In this document: piece after piece, positions 24,301-35,638 of the stretch
Position numbering within the stretch: position 1 is the stretch's first letter
Layout: every line of letters starts with the position of its first letter
Assembly: GCA_905331295.1 (NCBI GenBank)
Contig: CAJNYD010000034.1
Coordinates: 248,001 to 312,000, forward strand
From: Rotaria socialis
Lineage: Eukaryota
Direction: 5' to 3'
DNA: 64,000 nucleotides
Position numbers and translations under genes: made by a program
The notes under the pieces: model-generated
Database searches by the model: none
What the model saw: only the letters and a program-made list of their open reading frames with translations
Told to the model about the DNA's origin: nothing

Positions 24301-27050
24301 GCTAGTGGTACTCGCGAGAGTAATCTATTCTTTTCTGGCACTAATTGTTAGTATAAAAATAAATCCCACAACAGAATCATCCATTTAGATTAAAATAAAA
24401 ACAAATATTTTCCATGATCTCTAAATTATCTATAAATAATTTATCTCTCTATTCAATGAGGTGAGGATGAGGAAAAGACACAGAGAGACAAAGTGTGGCT
24501 GAGAGTAGATATGAGAGTCTTTCCATTCTCTCTCCTATCTCTTTTTCAATGTAAGGAGAGATGAGATATATCCATACAGATGGAGGTAGACCACGATACT
24601 TCTATAGCGATATAAGTGTTTTGAATTCGTCACAAATTCAAATTCTCCATCATATCTTTCGACATGGTAAATCTGATCTGATTCAAGGAGAATCCAGATT
24701 TTATAAGAAAACAGAGAAAATAAATAACTGAATTCCATCACCATCTGTCATCAGAATTACAATTCACCCAACAACATCCGACTAATCGATAATGGTCTAG
24801 GATATTTACCCATCGAATTAGATAGAAGTACACGCGTGAGAGTAGCTCTTCTTTTCTAGCACTAGGTTTTTCTCTCTTCTAGTTAATATTCCTGTTAATG
24901 CCACAGAATAATTTATATAGAATTTAATAAAAGATATTCTAGACCATAGAAGTAAGAAATATGCGATTTTCTAAATAGGAAATGTGCTAATTACTTAGAT
25001 TTAAGAGAACCAAAAAATAATTCTAATAAAAAAAATAATTTAACGATTGAAAAATATTTTCTTCATGGAAAAGAAGCAAAATCTGATACTCAAGTTAAAA
25101 GATAAAAATACTACTCGATAATATATCTGTGCCAAGACGTACGTCGCTCATGAAGGACTAGATTTAATAGATGGTTATAGAAACCGTCGGACGTCCACTT
25201 ATAAATCATAGAGCCAATAAACATATCACAGTGACGTAATTTAGTTTACATTACTAATAGTATACATCCTTGTGTATATGACATTTAACACATAGTCGCG
25301 TACTGAACAGTATATAATCTTTTCTCTCTCCTCGCTAGTATATAAGCTCACGATATGTTGGGAAAATAGGGCAGTACTATAAGTCAAAGAGTAGTTAAAA
25401 TTTGAGTTGTTCGAAGAAATAGTTTATTAGAATGTAAATAGTTAGACTTGACTTGTATGAAGAAACATATACACCCTATTATTAGCAACGCAATATTGCT
25501 ATCTTGTTTTATTGTAAACTCATCATTGAATAAATTATTACAAATTGGTATTGTCCAAAACATTCTTGCTTGTTTTTAAATAATAATAAAAATATTTATT
25601 TTACATTTCGATGAGCCCGGCAAATTATTTATGCCAATAAAATTATTAGAAAATATTCAATTTTCATTAGTATTCTTGGTTGTACTTCTTACAAGAGTTT
25701 CGATTAACTATCTCGATACACCCACACCCTCAAGATATGCTCTTTGCATGTCTTCCTTTTTTTGATCGTTTAAGATGTTCTACTTTCACAAAAGAAAGAA
25801 AAGTAAATAAATATAGAGTTCATCACTTGAAACTCCGATTGAATGACTTTTTAATGTCTGCTTGGGTTAACTAGATTTAATTATTTAAGTTTGATTTTCT
25901 ACAAAAATATCGAATTTAAATACGCTTGAGGGAGAGAACGATATGCTATATGTGTGATTCTTTCTGTAGAATAATCTTCAAATCTAGAAAAAACTTATTC
26001 TGAGGAATTTTCAAAAAAAAAGAATGATCTATTCAAAGAATTTTGCTCGATACTTTCGAAATTGTTTCATATACTAGCTATTCGAGAGAGAGAGAGAGAG
26101 AGAGATCTCCTTTTATTCTTACTCTTTCTCTTCTAGTTAACATTCCTGCTAATGCTAAATGGAAACAGAACGGGGTAACTATTGCTGGAGGTAACGGGGA
26201 TGGGAATACCGTTGATCAACTCAGCAGCCCTTATGGTCTCTTCGTTGATGATGATCAAACAGTGGTTATTGCTGACTACAGGAATCATCGTATCGTCCAA
26301 TGGAAGAACGGTAATACAACGAATGGACAAGTTGTTGCTGGTGATAAAGTCAAAGGAAGTGGATTGCATCAATTGAATTTTCCAACTGATGTATTAATTG
26401 ACAACGAGACTGATAGTCTCATTATTTGTGATTATGTGAATCGACGAGTTGTACGATGGTCTCGTCGTAGTGGTACAACAAAAGGTGAAATACTCATCAA
26501 CAACATCAACTGTTATGGATTATCAATGGATGAACAGAGATATCTCTACGTTTCTGACGACGGAAAACATGAAGTAAGACGATATCAATTGGGGGAGAAG
26601 AATGGCACTCTCGTAGCTGGTGGAAATGGACAAGGTGATGGTCTTAATCAACTTAACGAGCCGACATATCTCTTTGTCGATCGACAACAGACTGTCTACG
26701 TATCAGACGGGAATAATATTCGTGTAATGAAATGGAATACAGGTGCAAAAGAAGGTATTGTTGTCGCTGGAGGACAAGGCGAAGGGAGTGCTTTGACACA
26801 TTTGTATCGTCCTCTCGGACTCTTTGTTGATGCGTTGGGTACACTCTATGTAGCAGACCATGGGAATGATCGTGTAATGCGGTGGCCTCAAGGAGACACG
26901 AAACAAGGCGCTGTAATCGTGGGTGGAAATGGCTATGGAGCAGAAGCAAATCAGTTCAGCAACCCCTGTGGTTTGTCTTTCGATCGACATGGTAATCTCT
27001 ATGTCGCCGATACGAATAATAATCGTGTTCAACGATTTTCTATCGAATAA
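18344..27050 (+). CDS. Secreted protein: signal peptide, Cys-rich domain, poly-Thr linker, NHL-repeat beta-propeller (exons 18344-18390, 18447-18730, 19871-19948, 26137-27050; ~440 aa)
   Basis: All junctions GT-AG and in phase; NHL repeats such as PYGLFVDDDQTVVIADYRNHRI and PCGLSFDRHGNLYVADTNNNRVQRF; the join across the 6.2-kb intron is inferred from phase and architecture. Confidence 0.75.
18763..18842. repeat. Degenerate TGTGGG hexamer array followed by inverted CCCACA units
   Basis: tgtggg tgtggg tgccag tgagga tatgag tatgag tgtggg tgtgag, then cccaca cccaca ccc. Confidence 0.7.
22248..22572. mobile_element. MITE, CCCAGG left end, ATCCGA/TCGGAT-rich interior, inside the NHL-gene intron
   Basis: Ends cccaggtgaact / ttcttctggg; gt on both flanks; GC-rich island in AT-rich intron. 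Confidence 0.75.
24281..24865 (+). repeat. Imperfect ~65-bp direct repeat pair (24281-24345 and 24800-24865)
   Basis: gatattacccatcgaattagctagtggtactcgcgagag..cttttctggcacta vs gatatttacccatcgaattagatagaagtacacgcgtgagag..cttttctagcacta. Confidence 0.8.
25128..25542 (+). mobile_element. Possible isolated LTR
   Basis: TGT...ACA ends, internal CCAAT, TATATAA and AATAAA just before the ACA end, then aat-TGGT; no TSD and no partner LTR seen. Confidence 0.35.
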
Positions 27051-27781
27051 GACTTGTAAATTGTTTTTTCTTTGTTCGTTTCTTTTTCTATACTTTGAAA
27101 TAAAAGAACAAAAAAAAGAAATTTTCTTTTACTCTTTCGCTTCAAAGAAAAGAAAAAAAACAAAAATATAAGATTACGTCATATGTTTCTTTTCTTCTTC
27201 TTTTATTTATTTGTTAAATGAAAAGAAACGAATTGTTTGGAACGAAAATTTGTTTTTTCTTACCTGCTAATAGCTGCTCACGCGACCAAGAACTACCTTG
27301 GTGGTGCCATAGAGAGTCCAGGCCCTTCACGTACAGAAATAGATCTAACGTGTATAGAACATACAACAGATAGATCTATATGCGACCTGTACGTGCTATG
27401 GGCACCAAGATAGGCTTGGCCAGTTTCACGCCAATGTATGGAAGGCCTCCGTAGGACGTAATAAATATACAAAAGAATACTTACTTTTTTTTGTGTTACT
27501 AAAATAGAAAATAGAAAAAAAATTAAAACTAAAATGAAAATAGAAAAACAATTATTATCATCATATAAAATTAAAATAATAGTAAACAAATGGGGTAAAA
27601 TCCTGAGACAACGAAAAAATAATTAAAAAACTAAAACTATAATACTTACTTGTGATATTGAACAATGGTAAGTATGAATCCAAGCTAAAATAGTTAAAAA
27701 ATAAAATATAAATATATTGCGATAATTAGTGGCACTATTCCGCTAGATAACGTCACTAGTCTTGGCTGGACTTGCATATAG

Positions 27782-28732
27782 TCACGATGAATTACCTGTG
27801 CCAGGCATCTGTAGTATTCCAACAATGAAGCCAAAAACTAGCTCACGTATTGTTAATGGTGAAGCTGTTTTTCCGCATGCTCGATCATACTAATTACTAT
27901 TAATCGGCTATTATGAAAATGGAACAGCAAAATTGTGGTGCTAGTCTCATTACAGCAAAACATGTACTTACAGCAGCTCATTGTGTCGTTGGCAATGATG
28001 TACAATATATTCGTATCCATTTTGCACTTCATAATTTTACTTCAAATATTCTGAAACCAGAAAATGGTGTTCCAGCACAAAGATATGTTTCTCACGAGTC
28101 TTATAATAGTGGCAGACTGACAAATGACGTAGCCGTCATTCGTTTACAAGTACCTGTAGCAGTTGATAATTCAAAAGGTTGGTCTAGTTTGTCTTATCAA
28201 TAATGCCTCGCCCAACTTGAAATATGGTGATCCAGTTGTCGGTAAGAATTATTTTCTTTTCTGTATAGATTTTGAAATAAACTGTGAACGTTTTTTTTTA
28301 CAGCAAGTGGTTGGGGATCAACTGCAGGTGATCGAAATCGACCCAATTCTAGTCGACCAGTTGAACTGCAACAAGTGGCTCTCTAATATGTCGATGCAAC
28401 ATATTCAGATTATAGAAGCTTAACCTACTTGTTCAATTTCATCAAAGAGTCATCGAAAATGTGTGCTTATGGTCAATACAAGGGAGTTTGTAAGTATATA
28501 TATTTGATAACTGATCGTTTAAACTATGCTTTTTGATATCATAGGCTTCGGTGATAGTGATGGTCCACTTGTACGAGAAAGAAGTCTTCCTGATGGAACA
28601 GAATATTTTGAACAAGTGAATATTAGGTCTGGTACACTTGATTGTTCATTCACCAATCCCAAACCGGATATTTACGCCGATATTAAAAATCTTAGTCCAT
28701 GAATCATTAAACAAGTTAAAGCATTGATTTAA
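27782..28732 (+). pseudogene. Trypsin-like (S1A) serine protease pseudogene
   Basis: R-IVNG activation site, CGASLI, LTAAHC, NDVAVIRL, SGWG, GDSDGPL; in-frame stops at 27891, 28384 and 28700; frameshifts near 27930 and 28175. Confidence 0.88.
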
Positions 28733-28871
28733 ATGTTGAGTATCATGAAAATTTCTTGAAAATAATCCAATTATACTTTGAACTACTTTTTTGAAATAAA
28801 ACGAAGATGTATTTTCGAAAAGATTTGAAATTTTTCATTAAATATATATTGAAGTATTTGTTTATAAAAAG

Positions 28872-29270
28872 ATGAAAATTCTCGTGTTTAATCATTTAAC
28901 TATTTGTTTAGAAAAAAACAGAGAATATTTTCTTTCAATTCATAAAACTATTTTAGAATGGATATTTTCGTTTTTTAAAGACTTTCAATCACCTTTTGAT
29001 GTTACTGCTATTGTATTAGAAAAGATATATAATTTTTTTGCGATAATAACTCGTTGATATTTAAAAGGATGCATAAATCTCAAATTACTTTGTTTTAGCT
29101 AAATTCAAAGGATCTTCATATCCTAATTATCAGCTGCTAAGTATGTTTTGTCGATAGTAATAAAATGAATTTATTGTGTTACATATGTTTTACAACAGAT
29201 ACTTTATTAAACATTATTCAATTACTTGATAACAAAGCCGAGAGACGAGATTATAATCCTCTCGTTAGAA
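28872..29270 (+). pseudogene. Possible decayed multi-exon gene fragment, family unrecognised
   Basis: Short open segments bounded by ttag/acag acceptors and a gtatg donor; no recognisable motif, start or end. Confidence 0.2.
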
Positions 29271-30069
29271 TGAAAGATCGCTTTGAACAAAGCTTTCTCA
29301 AGATTTATGAGATGACTATGAATCTGCCTCAACCAATATTTCAATTTAGCCAACTGTTCAGCAGTTTTAACATCGAAATATCTACTTTCACGTGAGACTG
29401 TTCTATGACATAGGGTGTCATTTTCTCTGAGAACATATCATATGTATGGATCAAGTTACAAATCATATTACCAAATAGATAAACTTCAAATTTAAGCAAC
29501 TGATGACTAGCACAAACTCAACCATTTTTTCCTTAAGTGATATATTGAAATTTCAAACCGTTTGCAAATAAGATGTAATGAAAAATTTTTCCAATTTAAA
29601 TATATTAGTTCGAACATATAAAAACGATTCAAATTGTTAACTTGTTAGTTTTCTATTTAGACCTTTCATGTAGTTCGAATCTTTCCATTGTTCTCACTTT
29701 ATACGGTACCTTTCAAGATTCTTAGTTGTCGAATATATCCGTTTGAAGATATTAAAATTCTATCAAAAATGTTTAAATAAATTTTAATAAGAATAAACCA
29801 GTCGGCAATACATTGTGAGTGTATGGATATTATTAACAATGAGAGTCTTTTGTGTATTTACACTGACAGCTAGTTTTACCGACAGTCTGTGTCCCTTCAA
29901 AGCACTTTAAGATCAGCATTTATAAACTGAATAATTGTATCACTCATATTTGCGTTGATCAATAAATTTCGAAATCATAAATCTTCACATTTACGATTTG
30001 TCTTATATTTAATGATCTATCTCATGATTTATTAAAGAATAATATTAAAAAAAAGAAAGAAAGACTTCG

Positions 30070-31595
30070 TTAATCATCACTGTTTTCATTGCGTCGTAAT
30101 TTTTGATAAATGCTATCAAATTTTTTCATAAATATATCAATATCACTTTCTTCCATGCCAATAGAAGCTGCCACAGTTAAATAAGAACATTGAATATTTG
30201 ATGAATGCGCACCATAATTCATAAATTCATATGTATCAATAGTTTGTTTCGTTCCTAATTTGATAACTCTTGCACCTGATATTCGTCGTGTAAATAACAT
30301 AGAACCGAGTTCAGTAACGCGTTCATTTGGTAAATGTTTAAGTGATATAGCAATTGATATTGGACTGAATTGCTTCGATGAAAGTATATATTCATCATTA
30401 TCTTTTGTCCATTGTATAAGTTTTTCATAAAATAAATTAAATAGATTTTTTCGTTTTTGTACTAAGTCTAATAAACCTTTTTTGCCCATTGATAAAAGTG
30501 TAATAAACATATCGGTTGTTGGAGTTATTGAAGCACGACCTGGATAAGCATGTGAAAGCGCATCGAATAATTTCGAATCATATGTAAGAACAATTGAACC
30601 ACCAACAGGCACAAGAAAATTTTTATCTGTACTTTGAACAATATAGTCAATTCGACCATTGGAACGTTTAGCTTGTTCAATTTCATGAATAATTTTTGTT
30701 GATTGTAAACCATATGCATTATTAATTAAATGTGGAATCGAATATTTTTGACATAGATTACTTATCTGTTGAACATTATCAATAGCACGAGGTGCAAAAC
30801 AACTTGTTGTTGATATAATACAACAAATTTCATGTGGATTAAATTTGTGAATTTGTTTTTCAAATTCATCAACATTGGTTTGAAGATAGTTATTATTTTC
30901 TATTTGCTCAATAATAATTGGTTCTAGATTAGCTGTTAAAATTGATTTAAAACAACTTTTCTGATCAATACGTGACCAGAGAACATAACGAGATTGTGGC
31001 CGTTGTTTTTTAAATGTTAATAAGCACAATGTCATCGTCATACCTAGAAAAAAAAAGAAACAAACATTTGCATTGATGAGAATATTAACACTCACCAAAA
31101 TCCTACCCGTTGCCATTGGAATAACAACTGCATGAGTGATTGTTCTTAAGCCAAGAGCATGAATTGCATCAAGTACAAGTTCATTAGTAAGTTTGTTAAG
31201 TAACGATGAGCCAGCTGCTTTTGGTTGAATTGCATTGATATCACCGGAACGTCCAATACCATGTGAAAGTAAAGAATGTCGTCGTGCAACAAGCGATGAA
31301 TAAATACGACCTGACACAAAACAAAAAGAAATAATTTGTTTACAATCAAAACTCGAATTTTTTAACCTTCACGTTCTCCCACGCCAACATTTCCTTCAAA
31401 ATTATTTGAATCCATTTGTGCCATTTCGTTTATCCATTGTTCAATAACATGTTCTTCTAATGGTTGTTCAGGTAATTTTCTGTGTTCAATAATTTGTCGA
31501 ATTTGTTGTTCATGTGATCGACGTGCTTGTCGAGCTAAGTCAATATAAGAACGTGGTACAAGACGTTCAGCATATCTTAATGCATCGTCATTCAT
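30070..31595 (-). CDS. SEPSECS: O-phosphoseryl-tRNA(Sec) selenium transferase (exons 31367-31595, 31107-31310, 30070-31043)
   Basis: MDSNNF..GVGEREGR, HGIGRSGD..QPKAAGSS, PMATGM, WSRIDQKSCFK, TTSCFAPR, NNAYGLQ, VQSTDKNFLVPVGG, YPGRAS. Confidence 0.97.
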
Positions 31596-32572
31596 TTTAT
31601 GTATCAATATTTTGCGTTCTGAACAGATCTAGAAGAGATAATTACTTCGACTAAAAGTGTACAATATTTAAATCAAGCATTCTTCAACCAAATTTCATTT
31701 CATTATGAATGAGTCAAATCAATGCATCACGCGAAACCTTTTTTCGATAGATTCTAGTTTAAATTTTCATGTTCGTTGAACTATTTACATTATCTTTTTT
31801 CTCGTCACCATACTATGTGTTTAACTCAAATCTGTATCCAGCATTAACATATCGTAGAGAAATTCTATCGCTAAACGACGGAGAGGAAGACTTCTGAAAA
31901 GTTAAACATGAAAGTTGTTAAGAACACTATCTTGCAGATTGTAGATCCTAAACAAAATCAGCGCTCTTTTTTTATTTACTATCACCCTTGCATGAAACTT
32001 TATAAGTGTCATTGTTTTCAATTCGTTGTACTTGTCAATATGATCTTCGTAAAAAAAAATTTTTAGTCTACTCTTATAACACATCTATGAAATTTTAATA
32101 GTACATGCATTCGACAAATAATCTCATTAAATATACGAATTTTTTGCTAGTAGAGGAAGCTCGGCTATTATGCAAACAATCAAATCAAATACAACGATTT
32201 CATAATAACACTTGATTACCCATGAAGACCATAATACGACATTCATATGCATGCCACCTTAAATACAACACTCTAACTGTCATATTTAGCCTTCGTTTGA
32301 TCAGCATTTACATAAAAAAGAAAAATCATCATTTTAATCTAGAACTCATAATATTACTTGATAAAATCATCAAAAAAAGAAGACACCATTTTACTGAAAT
32401 AATTGTACAAAATTCATATTTACAAATAAAACAAAACAAAATGTCGCATACGCACACATATGTACATAAAAGGCAATGAAAAAAATACTAAAAAGAAAGG
32501 ATTAATCACGTTTGAGGTTTATAAAATACAAAATTGAAAATGCTATAAATGAGAGAAAAATCCCAGAGGTTA

Positions 32573-34418
32573 TCATCGAAAAAATTTCACAAGCAAATGT
32601 TTCATCGAACATATTTTATCCATTAGGAAATTAGATTTCGAATGACAACTATGCTCTTTATTTGTGACTTGACGCCATCTAGGGTCTCGATTAAAGCCGT
32701 ATTGAAATGGTGAACGTGATCGAGATTTTTTATAGATTTGCCGTTGTTTTTCTTTTTGGCTAACTACTATTCGGTTTTGATCTCGTTGTTTTGCGCGAGA
32801 TTCAAGCCATGTAGTGTAAGTTAATTGAGCTTTATAAAACGATGAAGAAAGGTTCTCAAAACCACGACGGAATGATGTTCGAATGGTTTTAAACGATGAT
32901 GAGGCAGCAAAAGCAATTGATTTTTTTTTACTTTTTTCAATATATTCATGACGATGATCAACTATATTCCTAAGTGATGCGCTTAAAGATTTAAAAAAGC
33001 CAAATAGATTGACAGAAATATCTGCAGCAATCGAAGCAGTTTCTTCCGATGCAGTTGTAACTGATTTCTTTAATGTTGGTTTTGTACACTGAATGAAAAG
33101 AGAACGACATATTAGGTTATAAAACAAGCAGACATATTTTATTCAACTTACATTAGCACCTTGTATACATGTTTTTGTAAATTTTGACTTCTGTTCTTGA
33201 TTTCTTCCTAAACGATGTTCTAATGATTGGATTTGTTCTTGTAACTGTTCATTCTCTTGAGTTAACTATAAAACCAAATAGAGTGAAGTAAAAAAAAATG
33301 TATATTCATAAATGAAATTATTTTCTCTACTTGATGAATCGTATTTGTTAGATTTTGTTGTGTTATCTTTAGTATTTGTCGAAGCTCTTGTATTTGCAAA
33401 CTTAAAGTATATTTTTCATGATCATGCCATGCTGACTGTTCATAAATTATATTTTGAAGTTTTTCTTCGAACTATAATAAAATAATTAGATGAATAATAT
33501 TTTCAATGATTTTACTTGTTTCGTTAATTTCTCTTGAATATTTTCCAAAGGGATATATTTTATGCTATTTAAACGTTGATTTGTTTTAGTAAGTTCATCG
33601 ACAATTTTAGTTATTGTTGATTGGTCTATTAACAAAGAAAAAAAAACTATTAATCAAAATAAAATAACGTGTAATTCTACCCCATCGCGTAATAAAATGT
33701 CCAAGCATAATTGGCAGAGTGAAAAATACAATTATATATATAGATGAAATCGATATGTTATTGTTATGTTGACGCCCTTCGATTCTATTGTGTAATTTAT
33801 TCTGTTCAGACATTGGAATCGATGAAACTATTTGACACTTAGCTGTTTGTTCAATATTGAAGCATGAGGGACAGCTTTAAGAAAGAATTATAAGTTAAAT
33901 GTGTTTTTTTTTGTTTTACCATTGAATGTATAATAAAAAAAAGCAAACCTACCGAATATTACTTGCTGATGAACGTGATCCATCACTCAACGAACTACGA
34001 TTTTGCAGTGATTCTGTTGTACTAGAAAAATCGAAATAAATTTAATGTTCTATTGTTTCTTTTTTTTTTTGTTCAAATACTTTGACTTAAATTCAGAATT
34101 GAATACATGATTTTTGTTCATTTCTTGAGATTTATTAATGTTGTTTTTAAATTTTGAATTATCATTATCATGTAAAATATTTGCTTGAGATGATCGAATT
34201 TGTTTTTTTTCGTCTGCTGATAAGCGACTATTAATGTTCACAGGTTGTGTGTTATTATCATTATGACACAACAATAATGAATGTTCATTATTTGTTGTTT
34301 CCAATAAATCCATTTCTTCTTCTAGATCATGATAATTATTTAAATTGTACATATATGAGAATGGATTATCATTTCGTATTATTATGTCGGTCTTTTGTGT
34401 ATGCTCAAGTCTAAACAT
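32573..34418 (-). CDS. Uncharacterised multi-exon protein: polar N-terminus, one TM helix, coiled coil, basic C-terminus
   Basis: Successive GT-AG exons; TM IYIIVFFTLPIMLGHFI; heptads LQIQELRQILK..LTQENEQLQEQIQSLEHRL; start uncertain (34418 or 34352). Confidence 0.65.
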
Positions 34419-35638
34419 AAGAAATTGACTCTTTTTGTTTTTCCCTAAATCGAAGATTTAATCTTTTAGTGAAATGAAACTGCTCGTGATTGAAAAGGAT
34501 AGTTAAGGAACATTTCATTTAATACAAGCTAGACAGTCTTCATGACTGAATAGTTGCGTTATTCGAAATGTATCAACAAAGTAATGCTTTCAAACCTCAA
34601 TAACATTAGTCATAGAATAGCTATGCGGTTTACATGTGACGTTATACAACTGCTCTCATGTTTATTTGGTATAGATGAGAAGATTATGCAACTGAGCATA
34701 AGAACAGTTTTCTGTACAGAGTTACAGCTAGTTATAGTTATAGAAAAGGTACTAATCTAGTGAATCTGTCTGTCATCAGGAAAAAAAACTCTATTACAAG
34801 AAACTTTGGAGTATTATTGTTCAAACTGAAAGAAGAATATCGCAATTAGTGTGCTAAATTGGCAGACATGTGCAATATTGACTGCGCTATGATGAACAGG
34901 CGTGCACAGCAGATTAATTTGATTTTCACTTAAACCAAAAAGCTTTGTATTTATAATGTCTTTAAGTATGAATATCTGAAGAAATGAAAATACTATCGAT
35001 CATCCTCTTACAACTGTAGACTTTTTAATCAGCTTTAATTTTAATTCTTCTTGATAACTTTCAATAGTCCTTGGTCAGTACGTGTTACTTACTCAGTTGA
35101 AGAAATCGAAGATAATGAAACACTTGGATCTAATTTCGATGAACTACTACTTCGACTGCTATAACTTGATAGCGATGATGAACTGGACTGTTCACTATCA
35201 ACAATATTCACAGTCTTGTGAAGAATCTTTTAAAATATATATGAAGGATATTTTTTTTTATAAACACAATAAATAGCCTACTGAATTCTTTGGTGATGTT
35301 TCATGTAGATAAGTCCAATCTTCATCTTCATTTGAAGCATACATTTTCAAACTCTACAATAAAATGCCTCGATTTAGGGAAAAAGACGCAGCACCTTAAT
35401 CCTCATACAATATTAACATTTTAAAAACGTCAAATAAATGTTGCACAATCACATTCTTTTTTTTTCTTCTCTTCTCTCGCATATATTTAATACTCAGCCG
35501 TTCCATGTAATATACAATGGATTTTTAATTTACAGGAGAGGAAGCAATGTCAACGGCGATTGGATATTTTCAATTCTTTGTCATTTCCTAACTTTTTCAT
35601 AGTAAAAACGAAACAGATTTAAATTGTAACTATCCCAT

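Noticed and set aside
26133..27171. Overlapping and antisense ORFs on the NHL exon
   Set aside because: Shadow frames of a GC-richer coding exon.
28700..28702. In-frame TGA in the protease near SEPSECS read as selenocysteine
   Set aside because: It replaces the conserved C-terminal Trp, and the gene also has TAA stops and frameshifts.
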